A DNA stretch of 64,000 nt from assembly GCA_965235115.1 (NCBI GenBank), contig OZ249436.1, forward strand, positions 48,114,001-48,178,000, in the 5' to 3' direction. How positions within the stretch are numbered: the stretch's first letter is position 1; every line of letters begins with the position of its first letter. Positions 48,301 through 58,654 of the stretch are shown here, piece by piece. The notes under the pieces are model-generated. The model saw nothing but the letters and a program-made list of their open reading frames with translations, did not search any database and was not told the origin of the DNA. This DNA comes from Laetmonice hystrix. Lineage: Eukaryota. A program made the translations under genes and the position numbers.

Positions 48301-51300
48301 TTCGCAGTCAGGCTTCTTTTCCGTTCTGTCTCTGCCTATTTAAAGTGGGTTCTATGCTCTGTTTTAAGGCTTTAGATACCTCTGCTTTCAGATGTTTTCA
48401 TAGGTGAAATAATTGCACAATTGAAAACATCATTTAAACAGAAGAGCAGGCTATAAAAATGTCCTTATGCGTTTTTCATCAGGGAAATTATGTGCCTGTT
48501 ATTTCGTGGTAATTTTTCTGCTTATGACCAAATGAAGTTGCAGTTCTGACTACATGTCTTCTTCAGTGTCACCTGTTTTGTCTTGTTTTTCTTTTTTTTG
48601 TTTTGTTCCCTTGTTTTGTTTATCAAAATATGTCGCGTCATTTGGGGCTTTGTTTGTTCCATTTTGGTAAGTCTTTTGGTCTCTGAGAGTTTTCAATCAT
48701 TTTACAGACTGATTTAGTCAAAGAAACCCATCACACAGTGTTGGGCTTGAACGCCTCGAAAACCTATGATGTGTATGTGGCGTCAATCGGCGTTCATGGC
48801 TCCAGCCAGCCATCCTACATCGTGAGAGTCAAGACGCTTCCAGGTAAGGACAGAGAACCGTGCCTGCGATAACATCCGTGAAATTAGGATTAGGGTTTCG
48901 ATTTCTAGGTTTAGGGGCTGGGTTAGGGATAAGTTCAGTGGGAGGTCTGGGGACCAAAGGTGGGGGTTAAGGTTAGGGATAGGGATAAGTTCAGTGGGAG
49001 GTGTGGGGACCAAAGGTGGGGGTTAAGGTTAGGGATAGGGATAAGTTCAGTGGGAGGTCTGGGGACCAAAGGTGGGGGTTAAGGTTAGGGATAGGGATAA
49101 GTTCAATGGGAGGTCTGGGGACCAAAGGTGGGGGTTAAGGTTAGGGTTAGGGATAAGTTCAGTGGGAGGTCTGGGGACCAAAGGTGGGGGGTTAAGGTTA
49201 GGGTTAGGGATAAGTTCAGTGGGAGGTCTGGGGACCAAAGGTGGGGGTTAAGGTTAGGGTTAGGGATAAGTTCAATGGGAGGTCTGGGGACCAAAGGTAG
49301 GGGTTAAGGTTAGGGATAGGGATAAGTTCAGTGGGAGGTCTGGGGACCAAAGGTGGGGGTTAAGGTTAGGGATAGGGATAAGTTCAATGGGAGGTCTGGG
49401 GACCAAAGGTAGGGGTTAAGGTTAGGGATAGGGATAAGTTCAGTGGGAGGTCTGGGGACCAAAGGTGGGGGTTAAGGTTAGGGTTAGGGATAAGTTTAGT
49501 GGGAGGTCTGGGGACCAAAGGTAGGGGTTAAGGTTAGGGATAGGGATAAGTTCAGTGGGAGGTCTGGGGACCAAAGGTGGGGGTTAAGGTTAGGGATAGG
49601 GATAAGTTTAGTGGGAGGTCTGGGGACCAAAGGTGGGGGTTAAGGTTAGGGATAGGGATAAGTTCAATGGGAGGTCTGGGGACCAAAGGTGGGGGTTAAG
49701 GTTAGGGATAGGGATAAGTTCAGTGGGAGGTCTGGGGACCAAAGGTGGGGGTTAAGGTTAGGGATAGGGATAAGTTCAATGGGAGGTCTGGGGACCAAAG
49801 GTAGGGGTTAAGGTTAGGGATAGGGATAAGTTCAATGGGAGGTCTGGGGACCAAAGGTGGGGGTTAAGGTTAGGGTTAGGGATAAGTTCAATGGGAGGTC
49901 TGGGGACCAAAGGTGGGGGTTAAGGTTAGGGATAGGGATAAGTTCAATGGGAGGTCTGGGGACCAAAGGTGGGGGTTAAGGTTAGGGATAGGGATAAGTT
50001 CAATGGGAGGTCTGGGGACCAAAGGTGGGGGTTAAGGTTAGGGATAGGGATAAGTTCAATGGGAGGTCTGGGGACCAAAGGTAGGGGTTAAGGTTAGGGT
50101 TAGGGATAAGTTTAGTGGGAGGTCTGGGGACCAAAGGTGGGGGTTAAGGTTAGGGATAGGGATAAGTTCAATGGGAGGTCTGGGGACCAAAGGTAGGGGT
50201 TAAGGTTAGGGATAGGGATAAGTTCAGTGGGAGGTCTGGGGACCAAAGGTGGGGGTTAAGGTTAGGGATAAGTTCAATGGGAGGTCTGGGGACCAAAGGT
50301 GGGGGTTAAGGTTAGGGATAGTGAATAGAGAATAGACTACGTTGTATAAGAGTTCAAGTAAACGCAAGTAGAAAAGTTACCGCAGTCGTTTAGTATTATG
50401 GTGTTTTGTCAGTAGGTTTAATGCCTGGTGCACACTACACAACTAGCTAAGACGCGACAGTTGGGTTGCGATTTTTCCAGATTCCCGATTAAAGATTGAC
50501 ACCCGCACACTACACGACTATCAGTTGCAAGTTATCACCGATTGCTAAGATAGCCGATCCCCGAATGAAAATCGTGTAGTGTGCACCGGGCATAACATTG
50601 ATGTTCTCATCGTGAGACGTCCTTGGCTTGTCATTTATATGTAACATGTATACAGTGAGAAAGTTACCTGTCTATGAAAATGTGCTCAGATGTCGAGGTG
50701 AATCAAAATAGAAAACCTGACACTGCACTTGTATTAATGAGTGAGTATTGCAAGTTACTGTATTGAGGGGGTCTGTCAGCGGGATATATGCCTCTTTCTC
50801 TATAATAATAAAGTTTAGAAACAGGTTGTTGAGTGAACCTTGTGTGTTTTACATTCCAGTTGATTCATTCATTCCTGATTCAAATAGCTCGTCCTACACG
50901 GGTGAGTGTCGTAATCAGGATTGATATTACAGTGTCGTTCAGGCAAACTTTAAATTATATTGTGTAAATATTTCAGTAAGCAATGCACTCATGATGATGT
51001 ATTTCACATTGGTAGATATGCTTTGTACGTGTGGGCTATATCCACTGATCAAAATGTATTTTTTCAGAAGCTTTCTTGTCTAAAAGATGAAAATAGAAGA
51101 TATTTTGATGCCTGTGTTATCAGTACCGTATAGAAGACTCCTTGATTTTCCCCAAATAGGTGAAATAAAGAAAATACTATTGTCCATCAATGAGGCTCTG
51201 AACTAAATGTGATTTCATTCAGTTCTGTACGGCATGGATGGTGTGAGCAAGGTGTTTATATTAAAATGCTGTATTGTATATTTTCAGATTGTTGTGAGAG

Positions 51301-54300
51301 GCAGGGAGTTTCCGAGCCATGTAGACAGGCCCTATGTATGGGTCGGGGCACGCAGGGCAGTGGACAGAATGTAGCGCAGTGTTTCACAGACATGGACAAA
51401 GTCTTCAGATGCATTGCATGTAAGATTTGTTTATTTCTGATGCAACATCTCTCCGTGTAGATTTGAATAAATGTCATATCGTAGCCCTGCAGACCTTGAG
51501 ACTGAGATATATTATTGTTATTATGATGGAGAATGATAAATGATAAGGGAGAGCAGCAGATGGTATAATGTTTTGGTTTATTTGATGTCAGTGGAGAGGA
51601 ATCACACAGGCTGCTGTCAGGCCCGAGATCTTCCGTCTTCCTGTCTCCGATTCTGTCAGGGACAGATACTGCACCCATCGCTGTCCTCAGTATCCTGCTT
51701 GACGGACCACATGCCAGACATCATCAGCTGCTTTGACGAGGGCAGAGGTCTGGAACAGTTTTTTCATATCTAATAAATGTTCACTGGTCACTATCGGTAA
51801 CAATGAAACTTTTTGTCGTTAATGCCGTTTAAGAATTACCAGTTGAAGCTGGTGAGAGCATGTAATGCAGTTTTCGACGTTTACCGTGTGCTACTGAAAA
51901 CTTAAGCTTAAGGTTAAGTTTAACACTTCTGATTGGCTCCTTGCACCAGACAAACCAATCAGTAGTTTTAAGCTTAAACTTTGAAAAAACAAACCCAGAT
52001 TTAATAAAAACAGCACAAAGAGTAAACTTTGAGCACAAAAGATAGAATTACACTTGGAATATCCTCACTTGGCCTTAGTTCACTTCAGTGGTCCCCTTCT
52101 GACTACTTATGTTACGTTCAACAGGTACAATACCAGGACCGCCCTCTGAGGTGGTGTTGTCATCAGTCTCCAATACGTCAGCAGTCATCAGCTGGGATCC
52201 TCCCCGTAGTAACCCTGCTAAGGTTGAGAGCTACCTGGTCACCTACAAGCAGGGCTTCATAGGGCCTACTCGCTGGGTAATCCACAGATAGTACCAAATC
52301 TTAGCATTAAATACAAAATTATGCTTTCTCTCACCTTTCAGTAAAGGATGATCGTACGTTTGGATTTTCTTTCCATTTTCCAGTGCTAAGGTCTCGCATT
52401 CTGACAGTGAAGCCTTAAGATGAAGAGGACATCTTTGTTAGATATTGTAAAGTTTATGTACTGTTTGGATTTCATTAACGTCTGCCCCGCACTGTTGTCT
52501 TCAATCCGTTGCATTCTGTGCTTGTCAACAGATTCCCACAGTCGCAACCTCTGTAAAACTGACACAGCTAAACGCAAGTTCGTATTACATGGTGAAAGTT
52601 GCATCGGTGAACAGTGTGGGGTCTAGCCTGCCATCCACGGATATTGTATTCCTTACTTACGCTGCAAACGGTAGGAACAAAATTATGTGTGGTTATAGCT
52701 GAAACATACCGGTATGTCGTATTAATCAACCACTTTCATTCTAGATGGTTTCATAATGTTTTTAACACTCCTTCGCGCCTAAATTAACATTAGTTTCCTA
52801 ACTCTGGTTGTATTGTCTAAACGTCCCAAAAGTTAGGTCCATAGGAGGGAAAGCATGGTTATTGGAATCAGAAAATTACCCTGGATATGCATCATAAATA
52901 AATCCTCCCAAAATATTGTAGATCACTGTACTGCCTCTATTTGTGTAATCATAGTGTGTAAGCCTTGGTAGTCTGTAAGGTTATACAAATTGGTTTAGAA
53001 ATGTACATGTACAATTATTTGTTTTGTGTCATAAAGTGTGGTTCTTTATTAATGATTTTACAGGGCATGCATGGCACAAAGATCCTCCAAAATTCAATAC
53101 GTCAGCTATAAAAAATTTAACAGGTGAGTTGCTGTCACAGAAATCCAATATAAAGTCATATTTATAAAGTAATCATAGAGATTACAGGGTAGTAATCTCT
53201 CTGAGAGTGGTGCTCATTACTCATTACTGAAACCAGGAGAGAGACCAGGGGGTCCAGACCTCTCTCCCCCCTGCGCTTTTAGCTCGTAAGTCAGTGCCAA
53301 AATGATGGCAAACAAGGTTATTTCATCATTGAACCCTGTCAGCATTTCCCAATCCAAGAGATTTTGTGATTAACTCCTGTAAGTAAGTATGCTGCCAGAA
53401 TAACGGCAATCAAAATGATTTTGTTGATTCATATAGGAATTCCACTAGAATAATGGCAATCCAAATGATTTAATGGAAGAATTCCGCTAGAAAAATGGCA
53501 ATCCAAATGATTTAATTGGTGATTGATGGAAGAATTCTGCTAGAAAAATGGCAATCCAAATATTTTAATTGTTGATTGATGGAAGAATTCCGCTAGAATA
53601 ATGGCAATCCAAATGATTTAATTGTTGATTGATGGAAGAATTCCACTAGAATAATGGCAATCCAAATGATTTAATTGTTGATTGATGGAAGAATTCCACT
53701 AGAATAATGGCAATCCAAATGATTTAATTGTTGATTGATGGAAGAATTCCACTAGAATAATGGCAATCCAAATGATTTAATTGTTGATTGATAGAAGAAT
53801 TCTGCCAGAATAATTAAATATATGTTATTGATGACTCCTTGTGTCAGAGTGCTGCCAGGAAGAGGGAGTGAAGGATGAGTGTAGCTTTCTGTGTGCGAGT
53901 TACAGTGGAGTGACTCGGTTGTCAGTCGACACTGCTCTCGCATGTGAGGGTGACCTTGGCAAGATCCTAATGTGTGGAGCAGGTAACTGGTGTCAATATT
54001 CTCATTCAAAACAAGATCAAAAGTAGTGAAAAATACCCCGACCTCTTACATGATCATTCTGCTTGTTGGCCAGATAAGATAAGATATTCATCTTATAGGC
54101 TAAATTAGGTCAAAATATCTTCGTATTGCTGTGACTAATAACCAACAAAAACGGGTAAAAGAAATATCCGATTTTGCCCACAAAGTTAGCAAGGATATAC
54201 TACACACAAAAATACAACTATGAATTCTGAATGTTGTTATTATAAATATTATAGCATTATAGTAACATTATAGTAAGTGATGATGTCAACTCACGGGACA

Positions 54301-57300
54301 TTGATTGAATATAGGTGGGCGGAACCACACGACGTGCTGCCAAGAGCGTGAAGTACCAAGCGTATGTTATGCATTCTGTGCGTTCGACCGCCATACCAAG
54401 GAGACCTTTGCCCTCGACTACGGCCACATTCCGTGTGTCTTCCAATCATCAGCCATTACCCAGTGCATGCAAGAAGGGATCGGTGAGTCACAGGTTGTAG
54501 AGTGGTAGGCAAGAGAGCATCAGGCATAAGTGCTGGTGGTCTGAGCAATAACAAAAAAATTTACAAGAGAGTTGTTTGTAGGTAAATAAATCGTTAAAGT
54601 TAACCTTTGGATTTTCCCAGGAGCTTTTTTCTTAGTAGAACGTGATGCCAGATGTACTGTTCAAGGTCAGGAGATGTAAGTTTTGAGATATGTACGGCTT
54701 GTGACCTTCAACTCGAGATCCACCAAGAAACGGGGCCAAGGGATCATTAGCTTCCCCTCTAAGCAAATATTCTCTGAAGCGAGAACAAAAAAAAGCACCC
54801 CCTCCCCATGCAACATGAAAGAGTTAGAACAATAAGTAAAGACTCGTATTGGTTTTGATGGTTTCAGCCCAAATCCCCAGCTACCCGGAGGGAGTAACGG
54901 TCGTTAACTACACAGCACACACCATCAGTTTGGCATGGAAAAAACCAAGAAACATTCCTCTGAGTGGCCTTAAGTCCTATATTGTTCGCTACCAGCTGGT
55001 TTCCGAACCATTGGGCCAGTGGAATGTGGTTAGTGTAACAGTCAATTACCTTCAAATCAAAACACAGAGTAATTTTATTTCCTGTGCTTTCATCGAACAC
55101 ATTTAGTGCCAGAACTAAGTGATTTTTTAAAATGTTAAACTTGTAATTTGTAAGTTAGCCACACTGCAAGAATACATTAATCTAACCATAAGTGTGCTTT
55201 GTCTTCTACAGGTGATTTTGAATGTCACTCAGGAAAGCTACATCATACAGAACCTGCAACCAGACAAGGGCTATCGTCTGCAGGTGTTAGCTGGTTCAGA
55301 AAGTGGCTACAGCCTGGCAGAGAACATGGTCTACTCTGTAACTCTGCCAGGTGGGTGACTGACAGGCATGACTCTATCCGTGAAAACCAAGGGTGAAACC
55401 ATTCAAGACAGATCAAACATCGACGCTTTGGTTCATTCTTTTCCCATTCAAAATTCTAGTTCAACCATAGTTGATTACTATATTGGATTTCCCGAAAAGG
55501 TGTGAAAAGGATGGTATAAAAGCTGTTGTTTAAAGGATGCATTGACTGGTTGCTACACCGATACAGAATCCCTTGTAGTGTTCTGAGATGTGGCAGCAAT
55601 GGGCATTGTGGGATTTAGCTAAAACCATTACTAGTGTTTGAAGTTCACTTTAGGGAGGTCGGCTAGATGATGAGGGGAGCTAGGCCTTTTATTGAGTTTC
55701 ACTTACGGAGGTTTGTGAGATGACGGAGGCAGCTATAGTCTGTTCGCTCTAAGAAGAGCTCGACCTCGGCCTCATTAAAGCTCTGACCTGCCCCCCTCCT
55801 CCCGTCTACCCACAGCTGGCGTATCACAAGTCATCACCGCCTGTCATTCAAGAATATGACAAAATTCCACGTGGTTCTGTATTACCCCAAATGAAATAAT
55901 AGCTTTAATGAGGCTGAGGTCGAGCTCTTCTTAGAGTGAACAGACTATAGGCCTTTTATTGATTTTCACTTACGGAGGTTTGTGAGATGACGGAGGAAGC
56001 TAGGCCTTTTATTGATTTTGTCTGGGATTGTTATTCTACAGGATGTCACTGGTCGTCATTTGTTACACATCAATTTGACAGTTTTGTTTTGTTTTGATAG
56101 TCAAGCAGATGCCTCCTGCCTTGCTTCCCAACTTGAACTTTACCTCGCCGGGTGACGTGAGAGGTAAGGGTTGAGAAACCTTATGGTTTGTCATCATTTA
56201 GGTTGATATCTTAAGTATGGAATACATATTTCACGCTTTGATTGACATCTTAGTGGGACATCAAGGTTAACGAGATGGGCATGTATGCTGGTAATTTGTA
56301 TAACGATTTGGTTTCCAGCAATTCATTAAGTTGTTAATGACCACTTGGCAGAGAACCTCTAAGTGTTGACTAATTAAGATGCAGCATATTCTGTGTGATT
56401 AATTAATGACACTTTGAGTGGGGAGATTTTATGACTGCCCTATGAGCTGATGGTAATGTTTCTACGGCTGGTGGTTTCAGCATGCTGCAGCAGAGAGGGA
56501 GTGACCACAGAATGTCTGCCTGCCTGTGATGGGAATACGGCCGTCCATATACAGCACAGTTGTGCCAACCAACTGGATAAACTTCTCAAATGTTCTGCAG
56601 GTAAGAAAATAGATCCCGTACATGCTCCAGTGTGAAAAACACTTTTATTAGGTTTCCTGCAGGCCCACGTACGGGGGAAGATTCCTCCCAAAATCTGCTA
56701 CTCCCCACTCCAAAAAAGTTTTCTAGCTTTAATTTTTTCAAATATGCCAATAGCATCCATAGCATCCATATCCAGAAACCCCTGTATATGTAAGACTTGA
56801 CGCGAAATAACTTTTTTAAGTACTTTGAAATGACAGTTTGACAGTCTGCTAAAGTCATTTTCTTGGAAACCGCAAGTATACAGATATCTGTGAAGAGATA
56901 GGTAGTACTTCTTACTCATCTTGCCCTAGAGTTTCCATTACTGGTGATGTTTTTTGTTAAACATTGCTCCTCAACATAAATGTTGCTATAACATTTGTTT
57001 AATGTGATCAGATGGACGCGATCACCGGCCCTGTTGCCAGCGGACCCAGGTACCAGACGAGTGTCTCGACTTCTGTATGGGCAACGTTCACGTGGGTCAT
57101 TTTGTCAGTATGATCTGCCTCAGCTTCAGCCAAATGATTCTGACATGCTACAAAGAGGGATTCGGTGAGTAGGGAACATACCAATTGAATTTAAATTACC
57201 ATACATTACCTTTTGGTATATGTCTTTCAAGACATAAAAACTAGAGAAAGGGAGTCGCATCAATATGTGTATACCCAACTTAATTTACCCAAGAAAATTT

Positions 57301-58095
57301 GATCCATTTTACCCTGACTTCAAATCGCATTACTTTCTACTTTAGGAATAAAAGAAAGCAGTGCATGGGATAATATAATAGGTGACTTGTCCAGCATGAA
57401 TTAGAATGAAGTCATTGTTGTCAATAGTGGATACATGATTCGTTAGGCCTTTGACATGTCTTCAGGTCTGAAGATATGCACAACTCAAAACAAGTTAGGG
57501 AGTAAGAATGTGATTTTATTCCTATGATAATAAATGTAGAACATTCTCCATTGCTAGAGTACTCACTTGACTCTCTAGTGTATATCTGGTGAATCCTGGT
57601 ATTGGTTGCGCAATAGGTCGTACCTGGACAAAGTGGTCTGCACTAAATTTTAGAACATGGCACTGAGTAACCATTGTTATGTAACTGTGTCTGCATCTTT
57701 GCCTATAAATTGACAAGATTACTTGGATTTTGTTTTACTTAACATATCCATACTTTTGTTCATAATTCATGAAAAGTATTGTCGTTTTTTTATTTCAAGC
57801 ACAATTTCAATTAGAAGTTACATTATCCCAAACGTGTTTTGAGTCGTGAATATGCATAAACTTTCAGGGTCTCATAGACTTAGAAGGATCTTAATTTTGT
57901 GGTAAGGTATATATTTTATTGCTGTTATTGTCCATTGTAGCGACCTTACCAAGCGAACCTCAGAACTTCCATGTGATAGACATAGCTGTGGATCAGGTCA
58001 AGTTCGGCTGGAATCAACCCCGAGTCAATGGAGAAGCGGTGACATACGATCTGTACTTCAAAAACAAAATTGACAAAGCTGCCTTGAAAAAAGAT
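36298..58095 (+). CDS. Ig-like and fibronectin type-III domain-containing protein with DB modules (signal peptide - Ig - [Cys-rich/DB/FN3]x4, 3' incomplete); 23 coding exons, 937 codons in the window
   Basis: All 22 complete introns are GT-AG with compatible phases, giving one uninterrupted frame (2811 nt). Hydrophobic N-terminus; Ig motifs VLTC, W, DSGLYKC; DB-module motif (D/G)GRNHxxCC...C...C...C...CFxEG; FN3 motifs P..P...W..P...Y...Y and L.....Y...V. Confidence 0.88.
40192..40298 (+). CDS. Ig-DB-FN3 exon 2, Ig domain start
   Basis: DHDRPYIDSKEVIKKVLIGQTVVLTCKVEDPESHD; AG/GTAAGT; phase 1 to 0. Confidence 0.88.
40396..40976 (+). repeat. 53-bp tandem repeat containing a splice acceptor and the first 33 nt of exon 3; 11 acceptor copies
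   Basis: Unit gtccaatggtggctggttaaccatgacgtccaggtttttttgtttttgtgcag; AG ends at 40413, 40466, 40519 ... 40943 (530 = 10 x 53). Confidence 0.97.
40944..41043 (+). CDS. Ig-DB-FN3 exon 3, Ig C strand (Trp)
   Basis: VQWWLLNHGVQISRNTEILTQNNNDHYKILTVE; donor GTACGT; phase 0 to 1. Confidence 0.85.
41301..41968. repeat. 43-bp intronic minisatellite, about 15.5 copies
   Basis: Unit cacatcttacatttaaacaaaaggtgc(a/t)cagcttacaaacat(c/t). Confidence 0.97.
44685..44804 (+). CDS. Ig-DB-FN3 exon 4, Ig domain end
   Basis: GEYRQWNLRISEVRANDSGLYKCRIDQTPESIVDEIIVE; 120 nt, phase 1-1. Confidence 0.9.
45127..45177 (+). CDS. Ig-DB-FN3 exon 5, linker 1
   Basis: GNVVTIPTDFDRVDFT; 51 nt, phase 1-1, tttcAG/GTATAT. 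Confidence 0.78.
45284..45412 (+). CDS. Ig-DB-FN3 exon 6, Cys-rich half 1a
   Basis: CCVKLNVSRACLPACRPETLDLETFNQLHCANDLLKLLECGA; phase 1-1. Confidence 0.9.
45597..45692. mobile_element. Small hairpin-like MITE
   Basis: cagggcctaattcataaaatcttaag / cttaagtttttacgaattgggcccag; related ttaagcttaag...ttctgattggct core at ~51900-51940. Confidence 0.55.
45816..45971 (+). CDS. Ig-DB-FN3 exon 7, DB module 1b
   Basis: GRNHMPCCRRRLLPNKCLIYCANSPPPTIPADHQVCLDKAKDIVACFEEGH; phase 1-1. Confidence 0.92.
46264..46415 (+). CDS. Ig-DB-FN3 exon 8, FN3-1 first half
   Basis: LLPKPPGSLTSNALSAHSLYMKWEPPVDRTGNLTGYRVFYREERWKTYRS; phase 1 to 0. Confidence 0.92.
46759..47667. mobile_element. PIF/Harbinger-like non-autonomous element, intronic
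   Basis: TIR taccctagtcacact / agtgtgacgggggta; TWA flanks (TAA, TTA); interior saturated with gcattcga/gcattct motifs. Confidence 0.78.
48708..48843 (+). CDS. Ig-DB-FN3 exon 9, FN3-1 second half
   Basis: TDLVKETHHTVLGLNASKTYDVYVASIGVHGSSQPSYIVRVKTLP; phase 0 to 1. Confidence 0.9.
48920..50321. repeat. 56-bp G-rich minisatellite with TTAGGG/ATAGGG hexamers, about 25 copies
   Basis: Unit aagttcagtgggaggtctggggaccaaaggtgggggttaaggttagggatagggat; period 56 (48931, 48987...). Confidence 0.97.
50422..50592. mobile_element. Tourist/PIF-Harbinger-like MITE
   Basis: TIR tgcctggtgcacactacac / gtgtagtgtgcaccgggca-like (right arm atcgtgtagtgtgcaccgggca); perfect TAA TSD (50419-50421, 50593-50595). 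Confidence 0.85.
50860..50901 (+). CDS. Ig-DB-FN3 exon 10, linker 2
   Basis: DSFIPDSNSSSYT; 42 nt, phase 1-1, ttccAG/GTGAGT. Confidence 0.75.
51288..51419 (+). CDS. Ig-DB-FN3 exon 11, Cys-rich half 2a
   Basis: CCERQGVSEPCRQALCMGRGTQGSGQNVAQCFTDMDKVFRCIA; phase 1-1. Confidence 0.9.
51592..51747 (+). CDS. Ig-DB-FN3 exon 12, DB module 2b
   Basis: ERNHTGCCQARDLPSSCLRFCQGQILHPSLSSVSCLTDHMPDIISCFDEGR; phase 1-1. Confidence 0.9.
52125..52276 (+). CDS. Ig-DB-FN3 exon 13, FN3-2 first half
   Basis: TIPGPPSEVVLSSVSNTSAVISWDPPRSNPAKVESYLVTYKQGFIGPTRW; phase 1 to 0. Confidence 0.92.
52532..52670 (+). CDS. Ig-DB-FN3 exon 14, FN3-2 second half
   Basis: IPTVATSVKLTQLNASSYYMVKVASVNSVGSSLPSTDIVFLTYAAN; phase 0 to 1. 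Confidence 0.88.
53064..53123 (+). CDS. Ig-DB-FN3 exon 15, linker 3
   Basis: HAWHKDPPKFNTSAIKNLT; 60 nt, phase 1-1, ttacAG/GTGAGT. Confidence 0.8.
53395..53812. repeat. 53-bp intronic minisatellite, about 8 copies
   Basis: Unit gaattccactagaataatggcaatccaaatgatttaattgttgattgatggaa at 53585, 53638, 53691... Confidence 0.93.
53848..53982 (+). CDS. Ig-DB-FN3 exon 16, Cys-rich half 3a
   Basis: CCQEEGVKDECSFLCASYSGVTRLSVDTALACEGDLGKILMCGA; phase 1-1. Confidence 0.9.
54315..54482 (+). CDS. Ig-DB-FN3 exon 17, DB module 3b
   Basis: GRNHTTCCQEREVPSVCYAFCAFDRHTKETFALDYGHIPCVFQSSAITQCMQEGI; phase 1-1. Confidence 0.92.
54868..55028 (+). CDS. Ig-DB-FN3 exon 18, FN3-3 first half
   Basis: QIPSYPEGVTVVNYTAHTISLAWKKPRNIPLSGLKSYIVRYQLVSEPLGQWNV; phase 1 to 0. 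Confidence 0.92.
55212..55350 (+). CDS. Ig-DB-FN3 exon 19, FN3-3 second half
   Basis: VILNVTQESYIIQNLQPDKGYRLQVLAGSESGYSLAENMVYSVTLP; phase 0 to 1. Confidence 0.9.
55736..55947. mobile_element. MITE with ~48-bp TIR and TA TSD, copy 2, inserted in a short tandem repeat
   Basis: Near-identical to 35601-35809; TA at 55734-55735 and 55948-55949. Confidence 0.92.
56101..56163 (+). CDS. Ig-DB-FN3 exon 20, linker 4
   Basis: KQMPPALLPNLNFTSPGDVR; 63 nt, phase 1-1. Confidence 0.8.
56481..56600 (+). CDS. Ig-DB-FN3 exon 21, Cys-rich half 4a
   Basis: CCSREGVTTECLPACDGNTAVHIQHSCANQLDKLLKCSA; phase 1-1. Confidence 0.9.
57012..57164 (+). CDS. Ig-DB-FN3 exon 22, DB module 4b
   Basis: GRDHRPCCQRTQVPDECLDFCMGNVHVGHFVSMICLSFSQMILTCYKEGF; phase 1-1. 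Confidence 0.92.
57941..58095 (+). CDS. Ig-DB-FN3 exon 23, FN3-4 first half
   Basis: TLPSEPQNFHVIDIAVDQVKFGWNQPRVNGEAVTYDLYFKNKIDKAALKKD; donor GTAAGT at 58096, phase 0. Confidence 0.9.
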
Positions 58096-58654
58096 GTAAG
58101 TGATAATATCGTTATCCAAGTTAATTTAATTGTTAAGGTCATACGCTCCCTTACCTCATAACTTAATAACATAATGAGATTTATTGCTAGTCTTTTAGCC
58201 AATGGTCAGAAATTTTTCTTCTGCGGCTGCGCGGTGACCGCGCAGCCCCCTCCCACCTGATGACGTCACCACCCGGCCCATTTGAGCTGGCTAGCTAGTC
58301 ACATTTTGTCTGACCACGGGTGTACCCACACGTGTTCGTCAGACTATTGCGGAGTTATAGCCTTTGGTCAGGCTTGGGTTTACCTTTTTCGTTACACAGA
58401 AACTGTGAGTATTTAAACCCTTGGTTCTTCTTACGATTTTCGCTCGCCAGCTTTTCCTGTCCGGAGAGTGTGGTTTTACGAGCGGTTTGCATTGTTCGTT
58501 TGTTGCATTTACCGATTCGCCACGTAATGTGGTTTGGTCTCGGTGCTACCGGTCACCGCTTGGTCTCAGCCTTTTGACTGTTGACCGGCGGTTGACGAAG
58601 CTTCCATGAATTGAGTGACTGGTGTTTAATTTTGGTATGTTTTTACCGTCGCAG

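Noticed and set aside
48920..50321. Interstitial telomere or chromosome fusion site
   Set aside because: Only one or two TTAGGG per 56-bp unit, no pure (TTAGGG)n run, no head-to-head inversion, and the host gene continues in frame across it.
52384..52418. Strong-looking acceptor ttttccAG at 52382-52383 as the next FN3 exon
   Set aside because: In the required phase 0 it reads TGC TAA; the exon at 52532 supplies the expected FN3 second half.
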